DNA from: Sphaerodactylus townsendi
Taxonomy: Eukaryota
NCBI RefSeq assembly: GCF_021028975.2
Contig: NC_059434.1
Location: 72,354,001 to 72,418,000 of the forward strand
Reading direction: 5' to 3'
DNA: 64,000 bases
Part shown: piece by piece, positions 26,131 through 39,697 of the stretch
Layout: the number at the start of each line of letters is the position of its first letter
How positions within the stretch are numbered: position 1 is the first letter of the stretch
Notes under the pieces: generated by a model
What the model was told of the DNA's origin: nothing
What the model saw: the letters and a program-made list of their open reading frames with translations, nothing else
The model's database searches: none
Position numbers and translations under genes: made by a program

Positions 26131-29100
26131 ACCATATAGACTGAAATGGGGAGAATGGAAAGACAGAGAGAAATTCATGCCAAGCAATACAAATGAAGAA
26201 ATGTTCAAGTTGATATGTAGTTGATATGATACCACCAGCTAAACCTTTGGGCCCCAAGCATTATTAGCACACTTCTTTTCTCATTTATTATTTTTGAGGC
26301 TTCTAAACTTCTAAACATTTCCCTCTATGGGACAACTGCCAATATTCACAACACAAACTAATCTGTAACTGGTAACTTCTTTTGTTAGCTCCAGCAGATG
26401 TTGGACTGTTATTTGGAAAGTTGTGAGCTTGAATCAATGGTCTAACAAGCTTTAACCAAAAATATAACACAGTAGCTTATCTATAATTTTACACAAGAGG
26501 CATTCAGCAAAATGTCTTGTTGCCCCTGAGTTATTAAGATGGTAATTTTTCCAAAGTGCGACATGCATTTTAAAATGTTTGCTGGTTGTTTGTGACTAGG
26601 ATGTTGAGGAACCAGAAGCTATTAAAGGATCCCAGGGTTGTTTATGATGTATGCGGTGGTTTTTTTAGGGTTTGCAGATGCCTAAAAATGGAAGATTGCT
26701 TTGCACAGAAACATATTCTGTACAGATAACAGCATGAGCTCTACCTCTTAAATTTCCCACTTATGGCAGTAGGGTGAGATGTTCCTTTCATAGTTGTACT
26801 TTTAAAATAGGTTATTAAAGCTGTAGTTGAAAAGTACATTGCTTGTCGACACCAAAGGTGCTTCTTGAGAGGAAAATTTGCTGGATTTTATGAGCTGATG
26901 TTAGATATTTACAATTCAGCAGGTGCCTTCGCCATTCCGTCAGTTGCTTCAGAACATTTTAACAGGCCTCCCTTCCAGTATTTGACACTATCCTTCCTTT
27001 GACTTTGCATTGTTTGCAAAGTTTTTCCTATTAAAAACAAATTAAATAAAAGGCATGTTGGGTGTATCTGCTAGAGTGGCTGCATTATTAGTGAGAAGAT
27101 TCTTTAATGAGGGAACTAAGGAAGGACTGTAGCATAAAATTATCTCTTTTCCTTTGACAGTGCTACATCTTCAACACCAATGATGTTGTTTAACTGTTTT
27201 TTAATTATACGGGAAGTATGAATGCCCCCCACAGATGTTTGAAAACATGTGTGTCACTGTAGAGCTGAGATGTCTGCTGAGCATATATCCAGTGGTAAAC
27301 CCAAGTTTGCTGCTGTGTTTTTAGCTGCACTCTGCATCCTATCTCAATCAAATTCAATTCCATAATGACTTTAATTACTTTGGACGGCATTCATCTCTTC
27401 TCGAAATGAATCAAGAGTGACGAAGGGATGATTCAGATGTTACCTCTCTGACTGGATTAATTTCTCAATTCTAACTTGTGAGGTAAAAATGAAAGGCTTC
27501 AAGATGGTGGCAAGTGTCCAAGTAAGGAGTAACTCAAGGCAACACAATGAACAGTATTGTGAGCTTAATGTAAATAAGAAACAGGCCACATGGATGAATC
27601 AGAAGAGAACAATTTCCTAGTAGCCAGTGTTTCAGACATGTGATCTATAGACTGTGCATCTATCTTTATATGTATATTCTTGTTCGTGTGCACAGTAAAC
27701 CTCTGCATATGCCATCCCAACATAATTATTTGAAATTATTATTTGAAAGCATATTCAGTTTAGCAGGAAAGTTACAGGAAGATCCTGAAAGACAACAGCT
27801 GTGGAATGCCTCTCCACTCCAATGTCAGGTAGTCCCAGTCAGCAGAGGGTGAAATCTACTGTTATTATTTATGCAACACACATTTTAAAGAAAAAAAGAT
27901 TAGTTTTTTGCTCAACGGCACAAAAAAGATGTTGAATTTTTAGTCAGCAAATCTCCTGTGGATTCCACTGCGATTCAGATATTATATTGGTGCTCAGGAA
28001 AATAAGCCCTTTTCTGCAATTTCCATAAAAATCCAATTTATCTACTTTATAATTTTCCAGGCTTAAACTATAGGGCACGCTTTGTGTTTTTCAAGCTTTG
28101 GAACTGTTGTAGATTCATCCTAAGCTTTTCTGAATAGGTACTGCCTTTCTCTCTGTCCTCCCACACTTTCTAAGCAGCTTCCTTTCTAAATAGCTTACGC
28201 TTGCCAAAGCAAGTTAATTTGGGCAGAATTGTAAAGTGTGGGAAGAGATTTGCACTTTGGCTTTGCAAAACAAAACAATAAGAATATTTGGGAAAGGAGA
28301 GGAAATTGTCCTGGTCTCAAACATGCTAGATGCAGCCCAGCCTCAGCCTGGCTCAACCTAAAGCCAGTTAATAGTCAGAGCTTGGCTACGATTTTGGTGC
28401 TTTGATTGTCCTCTCCTAATTCCACCTGCAAAGCTTCATCTCACTCTGTCTGGAGGTGGTTTAAAGCACCTGCTACCCGGGCTGGGGATGGGGAGAGGTT
28501 TCTACCATCTTGGCCTGCTGACTGCCAGCTGAGCAACTCAATCCACAGCTCAAGGCAGTCAGGGGACAGCACTGCGAACATGCTACCATACTGCCTTCAG
28601 CAGCCTGTGGAGGCAGAAAATATATTTTAAAAGTGTCAAGAAAGCCCTCCTTAGAGCTGAATGGTCCTATGCAACCCAAAAGGGTGGCTTAAGCCCAAGT
28701 CCCCGGACCATGAAGTAACTGCCTGTGAACCCTGGGTGGAAGCCAACTAATGTCGGCTCCACCCTTAGGCACGTCATGCCCCCCCCCCCCACACCAGCAT
28801 TTGATTGGACACCAGTACAGCAGCATGGCGGTCCCAACTTTCACGTGCTGCCACTGTGGAGCTTTGAGTCCTTGTGCTCTGGAAGAAAAATGGCACATAC
28901 AGTCATAGCACCGTTTGGTGCAGTCACTGTCTAATAATACTAGAAAATGCCAGAACACAAATTAAGTTCAGAAGCCTGGAGCTCAGGGTAATGGAAAAAG
29001 AGAGCTGTAGGTAGCATGTGTCACAGATCCCAACTGAAAGTTCTTATAGTCTAGGTGGTTGCCTTTCATAGTGGGACCCTGATTCTGTTAAGTTAATGTC

Positions 29101-29597
29101 TCTCCTCCTTGGAAGCAGGCCTTGACCAGATGCCTGGAATTTCTAGGTAAGTACTACATTTTCTGCTCTGGGACTCATTATCATCACTGTTTTCTAGGCC
29201 CTTGGGGTGATCATGGGGAACAAGAAGTCAATTGGTCTAGTTGGTGTACATCTGAGTCCTGTTTCTAGGGTTCTCCTCAAAGTGCCTCAACTTCTCAAAG
29301 TCTTCATTTGTGGTAGGATATGTAGGGGGGATCCTCTTCCAAGGAGGAGGTATCGAGGAATCTAGTGTCAATCATGTATGATATGTAGAATGCATGAGCT
29401 CTGATGTAACTTGCCCTGTGGGGGTGTGGCAAGGATGTTCCAGGGACATTCCAGGGTGTTCTGGGGGTGGGGCAGGGGCATTCTGGGGCTGGGACGTTCA
29501 GGGGCAGAGGACAGAAGCTTTTCAGAGATTAGGATCCAACCAGATTTTCTGCTACTTAAGAAAGAAGTAGGTCACCTTGGATGAAAGAATGTAATAA

Positions 29598-29800
29598 CAG
29601 TGTGGTTGAATGGTTGAAGAGCTAGACAAGGATCTGGAAGATCCAGGTCTAAATCCCCACTCTGGATGGGTGGGTGACTTGCTGGGTGACCCTGGGCCAG
29701 TCACACAGTCTCAGCCTAACCTACCTTATAGTCTTGTTGTGAGGCTGAAATGGAGAAAGGAAGTGTGTACACCACCTTGAACTCCTTGGAGAAAGGGCAG
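29598..29800 (+). mobile_element. Older CORE SINE
   Basis: ccaggtctaaatccccactct...gctgggtgaccctgggccagtcac...ctcagcctaacctacc. Confidence 0.65.
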
Positions 29801-30750
29801 GTTACACCATGTCACCACACTGTGCCTTTTTGCATCTTTGTTGTGCATCTCTGGCTGCTGCTTTGTGAAAATGCGCAATGTGGTAAAACCAAAATATGGG
29901 GTGAAAAGATAATTCATTAGGAGAGGAGGGGGAGAAATTCACAGGCAAATGACAGGCATGATTGGTACACTAGACCAGAACAAGCAGACAGAGAGGAAGG
30001 AAGGTGGGCTTTCCTTATTCATTAGCAGCAAACTCCTTCTAGGCAATGCTATTTTGCATTTCAGAATTGAATTCCACCATTCCCTTCCTCATGCTGACAA
30101 GTAATACCCTACTTGATATGTTAATCTTTCTTCTTTGCTTCCTACTGAAATTAAGAATGAGCTTTTCTATTATGAAAGTGACTCTGACACTGATAGCGCT
30201 TGTAAGTACTTCATTGTTCCTGAATGTATAGATGGAAAGCCTTGGGTGTAATTTTATAACCTTTGCTTTGGCATAATGACAAAAATATAGGCCAAAATAT
30301 AGATAGACAGACAGACAGACAGACGCTCCTACACACAAGTGCTCTGCTTTTGATAGTTGCTAAATCAGAAAGAGTGACAAGCCGTCTTATGTTACAGATA
30401 TGTTGAAGTAATCTAACTTCAGCTTCAAAATTCTGACAGACATCTCCTCGGTGACACCTGATGAATCAGACACAGTATCTGCTTCTATACTGCAAAGCAG
30501 AAACCATATTACTTTCCCCCAAAAACTGCTCCTTTTAGACTGCAATCTCCTTTTTCTTAGACATATTTTCATCATTGTCACCTTTGAAAAGCATCTAAAA
30601 CATGGTCAGTACTACCTAAAAATGAAATAAAAAGATCCGCCAAAGCCAATGTTCTAAAAAGCCAACATTCCCAAAAGGTTCAAAAGATGGTTAGTTCAAC
30701 ATATGGTACTGCCTTATTCAAAGGCACATAATAAGAACATTTACCTCAAG

Positions 30751-30894
30751 GGCCCCTTCCGCATATGCAGAATAATGCACTTTCAATCCACTTTCACAAT
30801 TGTTTGCAAGTGCTATTCCTCACAGCAAAATCCAGCTGCAAAGTGCATTGAAAGTGGATTGAAAGTGCATTATTCTGAATGTGCGGAAGGGGTC
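30751..30894. mobile_element. Palindromic PIF/Harbinger-like MITE
   Basis: TIR GGCCCCTTCCGCA; 3-bp TSD AAG. Confidence 0.82.
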
Positions 30895-31271
30895 AAGGAT
30901 CTCCAGAAGAGATGGGTTTCCCTAAACACTTGATATCTCCTTCCATTGGTTATCTTAACACATCTACATTTCAAACTTAAGTAGCCAATCTCAACAGCCA
31001 TTCTGTCTTCCAAAAGAATCCAGGGAACTGCAGTTGTATGAGGAGACCAGGAACTCGCTCTCAGGCCTCGGAAAGAGGCTGAGCTGGCCAGGCGCTGCCT
31101 TTTATAGGCATGCCTGTCTTCTGCGTCACATGATGGATCCTTGTCGTGCGACCTTGCAACCAGTTGGTACCAGGAAGGAGGGCGGCTGCTCACTCATCCC
31201 CTGCTGCAGCGGCAGCCCGAGGTAAGTCTTGGGGAGTGTTTTATCAGAAAATTCTTAATGCCATGACACAT

Positions 31272-31450
31272 TGTGTGTGTGTGAAGTGCTGTCAAGTCAT
31301 AGCCAATTTGTGGTAATTCAGTAGGGTTTTCAAGGCAAGAGACTAATAGAGGTGGGTTGCCATTGCCTTCCTCTCCATAGTGACCCTGGTATTCCTTGTT
31401 GGTCTCCCATCCAAATGCTAACCAGGACCGAACCTGCTTAACTTCTGCAA
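31272..31450 (-). mobile_element. 5S-headed SINE
   Basis: Reverse reads agaagttaagcaggttcggtcctggttagcatttggatgggagacc, matching the 5S internal promoter; (ca)n tail. Confidence 0.75.
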
Positions 31451-31564
31451 TTTGTTCATGTTTTTGTGATTTCCACATCTACATTTAAGAACGAGGAAGG
31501 CCATTGTCTTAAAGATACCTCTTGCCAACATATATAAATGTTGTCTCTGAGTCATCATTACTTC

Positions 31565-31779
31565 NNNNNNNNNNNNNNNNNNNNNNNNNNNNNNNNNNNN
31601 NNNNNNNNNNNNNNNNNNNNNNNNNNNNNNNNNNNNNNNNNNNNNNNNNNNNNNNNNNNNNNNNNNNNNNNNNNNNNNNNNNNNNNNNNNNNNNNNNNNN
31701 NNNNNNNNNNNNNNNNNNNNNNNNNNNNNNNNNNNNNNNNNNNNNNNNNNNNNNNNNNNNNNNNNNNNNNNNNNNNNNN
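31565..31779. other. Assembly gap
   Basis: Run of N. Confidence 1.
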
Positions 31780-33505
31780 GTTTAAACCGATGCATGTTTC
31801 ATAATATTGGAACTCTGGGAAAACATTTCACCATTCTTTTAAATGAAAAAGAAAATAAAAAAGGATAATTTTTCTAAATGGCCATCGGTTGAACTAGAGG
31901 AAATGTTTTCCTTAATAAAAGGATTAAAGACTAGCAAGACTCCTGGTTCAGATTGGATGCCTCCAGAACTTTAAAAAACTTATTGTGAATGGTGGGCTCC
32001 AATTTTGCACTAATTTGCACATGGGGTCTGCCCCACAATAAGGGTACATTTCCTTTGGGGCAGAGTTTCCTTTATGGACAACTTCCCCCCCACAAAGTCA
32101 CCACATTGCAGATTCAGGAAGTCCTGCCATTTCCAAGAGCAGACAAACTATGAATGGTTCTGTGCCAGTACAAGAAAAGTGAAGGAGAAGACTGCTCTGT
32201 TTCACTTGACCCATCTTTCTGGCTCCTCCTTGCCTTTCCTTGACCAACAGCCCTTCCTCAAAATTTACTGGCAGCCATTTCAGGAGGCTAGAGGAGTGCT
32301 TTTTAAAATATTGCTAGCAGTGGTCTGTCACTGGATCTATTAAAAACAAGGAACCCCCCACCCCAAACAATCCTGCCTCTCTTCCCTCTCCCATCCTCAT
32401 GAGCCTCATTGTTGCCTTTTTGAAACCAGTTCGTGGGAGCCTGCAAGGCAAAATAAATGGGTGGGGGAACCTCACTTCGAAGGAAGGAGCTGCAGGTTAA
32501 ACACCACGTGCATAATGGGCCTTTGATTCAACTGATAAAATTCCTGAAAAAAGGTGAAACACATTTGTTGTTCCGATACATGAAAAAGGTTCACCTCACT
32601 CTCTGGTCAACTATAGATCACACAGTCTGTTATCCATACCAGGAAAGCTGTATGCAGCCTATCTACAATGAAAACTTTGTAGCTGGAGTTATAACTTGTC
32701 AATACCAGGTCCAGAACAAATTGGTTTTTAAAAAGTTCATCTACATTACATCATGTCTACATGCTTTCCTTTCTTGCTAACAAATATTCATCATATCCTA
32801 AGGGGAAACTGTTTACTGCTTTTTTGGATTTCAAAGTGGCCTTTGAAAAATATTTCCTGCACAAGACTTTGAAACAAATTAAATCAGTTAGGAATTCCTA
32901 AACATCTGATTGTTTCTTTACACATATCAACATCCATGTGAATAACATGTCACATAAATGGTTGTTTCTAGTCCTGGTTACAAAAGGAGATAGACAGGAA
33001 CGAGTTTTTGCCCCAGATGTATTTAACCTCTGCTTATATCATTTACCAAATAAATTGCAAACCCCATTTCCACATTCCTAGTGCTGCTCACTCAGTAGCA
33101 ATTATACTTTATGCTGATGAGGCAGCCATTCTTTCTTGCTTGAGAGCAGGATTAAGGCACCTTCTCCAAGCTTTTGTTTTGTACTGTCATGATAATTTAC
33201 TTACTATTAATTATGCTAAATCCCAAATAATGTGTTTTCAGAAATATCTATCACAAAGTAACGTCAACCCCTGGATTCTGGATGAGCACAGGACTGAGCG
33301 AGTGTCGAATTTCAACTACTTAGGTTTTCATTTTCTCTCTTCCAATAAGTGGAAATTTCATTATTTTCATCTCCTTGAGTCTGGAAAGGCAAAAATCGTA
33401 TCCTTTCTGCTTTATGAAGCTCCAATTTGGTTTCTTGCTCTTTCCTCTAAAATTGAATCTCTACAATCAAAATTTCTACGTGCCATCATTCATGCACCAA
33501 ACTGT

Positions 33506-33646
33506 GGCCCCTTCCGCACACGCAAAATAATGCGTTTTCAAACCACTTTCACAACTGTTTGCAAGTGGATTTTGCCATTCCGCGCAGCTTCAAAGAGCAC
33601 TGAAAGCAGTTTGAAAGTGCATTATTCTGCATGGGCGGAATGAGCC
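33506..33646. mobile_element. PIF/Harbinger-like MITE nested in LINE
   Basis: GGCCCCTTCCGCAC...GCGGAATGAGCC; TSD TGT. Confidence 0.85.
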
Positions 33647-34112
33647 TGTATTTCAACTTCCAACTTATATTTTGAGGCTGGTTTTGGTTCCATCTTCTTG
33701 TTAGCATGGAAGGCTGTGGTGAAATTCAAATTTTTCCTACTAGACCAGGATTTTCTTCCAGATCTTTTAAAATTGACTGAGCTTGACCATTTTGTATCTT
33801 CTTGGACAAAGAAAGTAGAGAGGAAAGACTTTCAGGCTTACTGATTTCCTGTCCAAGTTTTCCCTCAGACCTCACTTTAGTTATGAGTAAGATACTTAAG
33901 GATCTAGAATGAAGGGACCATCTTGAATTTTGTAATGATGCTGAAAGGAAATGTGCACCCTCATTCTGGGCAATGAGCACCCCGCCTTTTCCAGTACTGC
34001 CAGATTATCTGAAGTTCTTAATTATTCCAACCTTTGAAGACTTTTCTTCTTGGTCAGACGTAATCCAGACCGCTTTAACAAATTATTTGGTAGATTCTTA
34101 GAGAGGCCAATT

Positions 34113-34530
34113 GAACATAAGAACATAAGAAATAGCCTGCTGGATCAGACTGGAGTCCATCTAGTCCAGCATTCTGCTACTCGCAATGGCTCACCAGGTG
34201 CCTTTGGGAGCTCACATGCAGGATGTGAAAGCAATGGCCTTCTGCTGCTGCTACTCCTGAGCACCTGGTCTGCTAAGGCATTTGCAATCTGAGATCAAGG
34301 AGGATCAAGATTGGTAGCCATAGATTGACTTCTCCTCCATAAATCTGTCCAAGCCCTTTTTAAAGCTATCCAGGTTAGTGGCCATAACCACCTCCTGTGG
34401 CAGCATATTCCAAACACCAATCACACGTTGCGTGAAGAAGTATTTCCTTTGATTAGTCCTAATTCTTCCCCCCAGCATTTTCAATGAATGCCCCCTGGTT
34501 CTAGTATTGTGAGAAAGAGAGAAAAATTTC
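34113..34530 (-). mobile_element. CR1 LINE 3' fragment nested in the older LINE
   Basis: TRTRGHSLKM...RKYFFTQRVIGVWNMLPQEVV...FKKGLDRFM (CR1 ORF2 end); (ttcttatg)n tail. Confidence 0.9.
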
Positions 34531-36164
34531 AGAACAGAAAGTCTACCCAAGAGGAAAGGCAAAGACAAAAACACCCATTTTTTATTCAGTTGTGATTTAT
34601 ATTCTCCCATAAGATCTTCTTTTAGTACTCCATTGATTTTACACTTTCTAGTATGTTCACACGATTATCTTTAATTTATGTGCTGTCTGGTAAAGATAAG
34701 GCTGTTACCCTTTCCATAGCTCATTATTTAATGGCTGTCTTGAAGATGCGTCCAAAGGTATAATCAAGTTACGCCTAAATGCTCATTTGCATACAGGCGC
34801 TCATTTTGCACTAGAACTGGAATGAAACTAAATCATTATAAATGAATGGCAGTGAAACTAATCATGACAATACTCATCATTATCATGTAAAATATTGTAC
34901 ATTATTTCAGATAATACCTCCTGGAATGTTTCAGTGCCATCCCGTAGTATAAGGAAGCAGCGTATTTAAACAGGAGATGAGAAAACCAATTCTTTCTTCA
35001 TAAAGATAAGAGAATACACTGTTCTAATTTCCATCCACTTTCAAATACAAGTGTATTTGTCATATTTTACTGTGTCACGACTTGTGATTGCCTATTGTAC
35101 TTTCAAGGTTCTATTAATCACTTCCTTTATGGACCACAGAAACATTTTAATAACCTTGGCTTACAAACATGTGCCCCCATTAAAGGGATTAATTACACAC
35201 ATTTTTGTAATGTTGGAGAACTAGTCTTATTTTTCTTCAAGTGTTAATTGATATTATGTACATATTTGGAAAGTGGGTTTTTTTGTTCACTGCATGCTTC
35301 TTATTTGCCTTATCAGACTGATGAAGGTATGCAGTGCCTAGCTAAAATGTACAACGTTTGACAATTAGAAAAAAGGAAGCTCTGCTGAAAAAAACAAATG
35401 CTGTTCTGACTTTTATCGGTTGCTGCTCTGCTTTCTTTTGCATCAGGGGTACCCAACCGTTTTGAGCCTATGGTCATATTTGGCATTTCGAAAGCAAAGG
35501 AGTACTGCTACAAAAATGGCTTTCACAGGAGGTGAAGCCAAATCCAAAATGGTTGCAACAGGACATAGAACCAAACAGAACACCTTCTTCCTCACACCCT
35601 CCAGGGGAGCGGGAAAATCTGAAAGGAGAATGGAACCACACAACAAGGCTGTTTCCACACAGCCAGAGTCAGCGGCTTCCCACCAGCATAAATGAAGCCG
35701 GTAGAGCATTGGGTTCATTTGCATGGCCCTATGCAGTCCTGACACTGCTGCTGCCTGAAGGGGTGGCTCTGCACTGAGCTGCCCAGGGTGTCTGTGAGGG
35801 ACTTACCTTGCCTTCCTCTGCAGCTCTGGGCAGCTGGAAAGACATGCCGATGCTGCCCTCCGACCCTCAGGGGTCACAGGGCAGTGTGGGTTTGTCTTTC
35901 CAGCCGCTCAGAGCTGCAGAGAAAGGCAAGGTAAGTCCCTCGTAGATACTGGAGGGGCCAAAAGTGGTGGCCTCACACCAGTGCGGTTCGCACCATGCCA
36001 GCGGGAAGACGCCGCTTGGGCGGGCCCAGCTGTGCGAACAGCGCCCCAGGGACAGTGTTTTAAGTGTCCCTAGGGCGCTGTTTTTCACCCGTGAAGAAAC
36101 AGCCTAAGAAAACCTCAGGTGCTCACCAGTCCTTTTGATCCTCTACTTGAAAAGCCTTTCACTT

Positions 36165-36462
36165 GAGACCCAGTGTAGTGGTTAAGAGTGGGGGACTCTA
36201 ATATGGAGAACTGGGTTTGATTCCCCACTCCTCCACATGAGTGGCAGACTCCAATCTGGTGAGCTAGGTTTGTTTCCCCACTTCTCCAAATTCAGCCTGC
36301 TGGGAGGCCTTGGGCCAGTCACAGTTCTCTAAGAACTCTTTGAGCCCTACTTACCTCACAAGGTGCCTGTTATAGGGAGAGGAAGGTGGTTGAAGCCACT
36401 CTGAGGCTCCTTACTGTAGAGAAAAAGTGGAGTATAAAACCCAACTCTTCTTCTTCTTCTTG
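36165..36462 (+). mobile_element. tRNA/CORE-type SINE
   Basis: Same subfamily as 13444; (ctt)n tail. Confidence 0.8.
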
Positions 36463-37093
36463 AATGAGGACAGTCAGTAACAAGCCCTGCCTTACAATGA
36501 CCCTGCCCACTTCCTGAAAAGCTTGTCAGAGGCTCGAAGTGAAGTACTGGAGCATTTGATACTCATCTTTTTCCCCTTTTTGCACAGGTGTTATATCACT
36601 ACAGTATAATACCATAGAGATTAGCTGTTTTTGTATGATACATTACAGAGCAGCAGGTTCTCACAGGGAAAGATCAAACACGGGCTGGCCGTGTACTCTG
36701 CATTTGTTAAAATCTCAGCCCCTCCCAAAAGCCATAAGATCAAAAGCTTTCCCTTTCCCCTGCTTTTTTTTTGAACCTGTGTTTGTTAATGTCCCAGCCC
36801 ACTAAGCTGCATAGGCTGGGCACACTTGTTGGAAAGTAAGTCTCATTGCATTTGAGCGGGGGGGCTTATTCAGAGAGTCGTCTGTAGGGAGATATTGAAC
36901 TGAGACTGCAGTGAAGGGCAGGGAATAAATCCAAATAATAATTATTGATAAAATAAAGGCATTCATTGCCAGTGGAAATGGTAGAACTTCAAAAAAGATG
37001 ACGACTTTGAAGTAGGGCTGGTAATAAAATGACAACTTTGAAGCAGGACTGGTAAGCAGGCAAGTGTGGGACTGGAGTGACCAACCTCTAGGT

Positions 37094-37228
37094 CATAGGT
37101 GTCAAACTCGCGGCCCTCCAGATGTTATGGGCTACAGTTCCCATCATCCCCTGCCAGCATCATGCTGGCAGGGGATGATGAGAACTGTAGTCCATAACAT
37201 CTGGAGGGCCGCGAGTTTGACACCTGTG
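37094..37228. mobile_element. Palindromic hAT MITE
   Basis: TIR CATAGGTGTCAAAC; perfect TSD CTCTAGGT; nested in an older element at ~37075-37410. Confidence 0.9.
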
Positions 37229-37682
37229 CTCTAGGTGGTAGCTGGAGATCTCCTGGATTTACAATTGATCTCCAGGCGACAGAGATCAGTTCTCCTGGGA
37301 AAAATGGCTGCTTTGGAAGATATCTATCTTCTCTCCCCTTCCTAAACCTCACCCTTGTTAGCTCCACCCCCCCCCCCCTCAAAACCTCCAATCTGGAGGT
37401 TGGAACTCTATGTAGGCTGCACCTTTTAAAAGTGAAACAGTATCGTAAACTCCACAAAAAACAGCTTTAGGTACTTTCCTTCTGAAAAATCAATGCAAAG
37501 GTGGTCTGAAAAATAAAACAGAGAAAACAAACAAGAAAACTCTGAAGACCAAGAACTGGCAAGCGATACTGACAATAAACGAGGCTAAAATTGATGCAGT
37601 TAGAAAGATGAGCTGCAGCAGGAAGGACATGTGGAAACTTCCAGCAATGTAAAGAATTCTGACAGTATCCTACGTATGCCTA

Positions 37683-38021
37683 GAAGAAGAGGAAGAGAAA
37701 GAGGAGGAGGAGGAGGAGGAGGAGGAGGAGGAGTTTGGATTTATATCCCCCCTTTCTCTCCTGCAGGAGACTCAAAGGGGCTTACAATCTCCTTGCCCTT
37801 CCCCCCCTCACAACAAACACCCTGTGAGGTAGGTGGGGCTGAGAGAGCTCCGAGAAGCTGTGACTAGCCCAAGGTCACCCAGCTGGCGTGTGTGGGAGTG
37901 TACAGGCTAATCTGAATTCCCCAGATAAGCCTCCACAGCTCAGGCGGCAGAGCTGGGAATCAAACCCGGTTCCTCCAGATTAGATACACGAGCTCTTAAC
38001 CTCCTACACCACTGCTGCTCC
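37683..38021 (-). mobile_element. Young tRNA/CORE-type SINE with (GAG/GAA)n tail
   Basis: High identity to the 8597 and 12061 copies; CpGs retained. Confidence 0.88.
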
Positions 38022-39489
38022 TGAACATTTTGTGGCCAAGATGTGCAAATTAAATTATGATTAATTTGCAGAGACTTGGCATGAGGATTAAGGGAAAAAA
38101 TATTAAGGAAAGGAAAGTTTAGCTTAAATAGGTTAAAATGCTATGGGGTTCAAGGAATTATTTATTTATAAGGTTTATACCCCAACTTTTTTCTTAAAAT
38201 CATAAGACAGTGAACGACTGTCTTTCCAGTTCTGTATTGAAACATCTGTTAGAGGTGAAAAATCACATTAAATCTACAAATGTTTCCAGAGGGGTTCTTC
38301 TAAGGAGAGTCACCTGAAGCTACGCTGCAAATTTGGTGCCTCTGCCCCAAAACACAGCCTCTCCAGAGCCCCCCAAAGATTCCCCCTAATAATCTGGAAA
38401 ATAATAATCTGGAAAAAAGGGCTTTTTTTTGGATTTGTCTTGTCAGCTCCACTGAAGTGGTGCCTCTTTTTTCTGAATGCAAACCCACAGTCCACCACTT
38501 TTTTCCTGTATTCACACCTTTTCTTTCTTTTTCCAAATGACGTCCCTAATCTGTTGCTCTTAGCCCGTACACCATGCTGGCTGACCCTCCTGTTACTTGC
38601 ACATATAATGCAGCGCGACAGCTAGAATCCTCCCCCATAATACCTATTTTTAAAATGTACATCTATTTTCTTTTTGTTCAAAGTGCATCTTGATATTCTT
38701 TTTTTTTCTTTTGTTGAGTGCATTGGGCAAAGAAATGGGGGATAGGAAAAGCAATTTGTGATCCAGATCCATCATATAGAGTAGTCAGGCAGACAAAATG
38801 GACAGAACCCACACACTTCCTTCTCCAAAGCAGGATTTAAATGCTTAAAACTTCATGGTTTTCACATAAAGATGGTGGGTGAAGAACAAGATGGAGGAAA
38901 CACGTTGTGCAGACCATTTTTACTGCATTATTCTGACACCCCCTCCTTTTAACTGATGACGCCATCCACAATTTGCAAACAAACTGTGATCCAGATGGAG
39001 GAATAATCAAGCATATATCTTTTGCAAGACCCTTTTTTAATGATGTCTTCAGAACAAAGCCCACATCCCTACCTATAGTCCAGGGGTGGTTCTACCACAT
39101 GACTGAGACAGATAAAATGCAGTATGGCTAGCCTGGATCTGAATGACTTCTAATATATTATATTTAATTCCATATATTCAAGCCAATGGCCATTGTAATT
39201 GACTTTTAACATCTGTTCCATTTACGAAATGTTACTGGGGCAATCCAAAGCTATTTTTAACTTCATGCCTATTTTGTGCTATTGACTTTGGGGGAAAAGC
39301 TTATATACTGTCACTGGACTGATATTAATCTCCTTGTATTGGAAATGTCACTAATATTGAAAAAATGATAGCGTTGGCTCAACAATAATTCCAAGAATCT
39401 ACCAAAGGTAGTCTCCCTTTTTTTGGTCCTAGAACCTACTTCCCAGTTCCAATTAGCCTTCACAATTACTCACTGACAATAAAGAGTTT

Positions 39490-39697
39490 GTCGAAGGCTT
39501 TCACGGCCGGAATCACTGGGGTGCTGTGTGGTTTCCGGGCTGTATGGCCGTGTTCTAGCTGCATTCTCTCCTGACATTTCGCATGCATCTGTGGATCTAA
39601 AGATGGATCTGAAGATGCCAGACACAGATGCAGGTGAAACGTCAGGAGAGAATGCTGCTAGAATACGGCCATATAGCCCGGAAACCACACAGTACCC
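39490..39697. mobile_element. Penelope-like inverted pseudo-LTR pair
   Basis: Same family. + arm has CTGAAGA...GAAACGTC at 39609-39643. 13-bp TSD CAATAAAGAGTTT (39477-39489 / 39698-39710). Confidence 0.85.

Larger units (their letters stand above)
31850..34760 (+). mobile_element. Degraded LINE reverse transcriptase region (RTE-X-like) with nested insertions
   Basis: Frameshifted RT motifs in order: LKTSKTPGSDWMPPEL, KG..NYRSHSLLS, FLDFKVAF, IILYADEAAILS..GLRHLL..YC..NLLTINYAKSQIM. Boundaries approximate. Confidence 0.75.

Noticed and set aside
31272-31450. 5S rRNA or tRNA genes
   Set aside because: Only degenerate heads fused to retroposon tails, i.e. SINEs.
33008-33643. 211-aa ORF with YADE as a functional reverse transcriptase
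   Set aside because: Degraded LINE with frameshifts, catalytic YADD altered, and the ORF runs into an inserted MITE.
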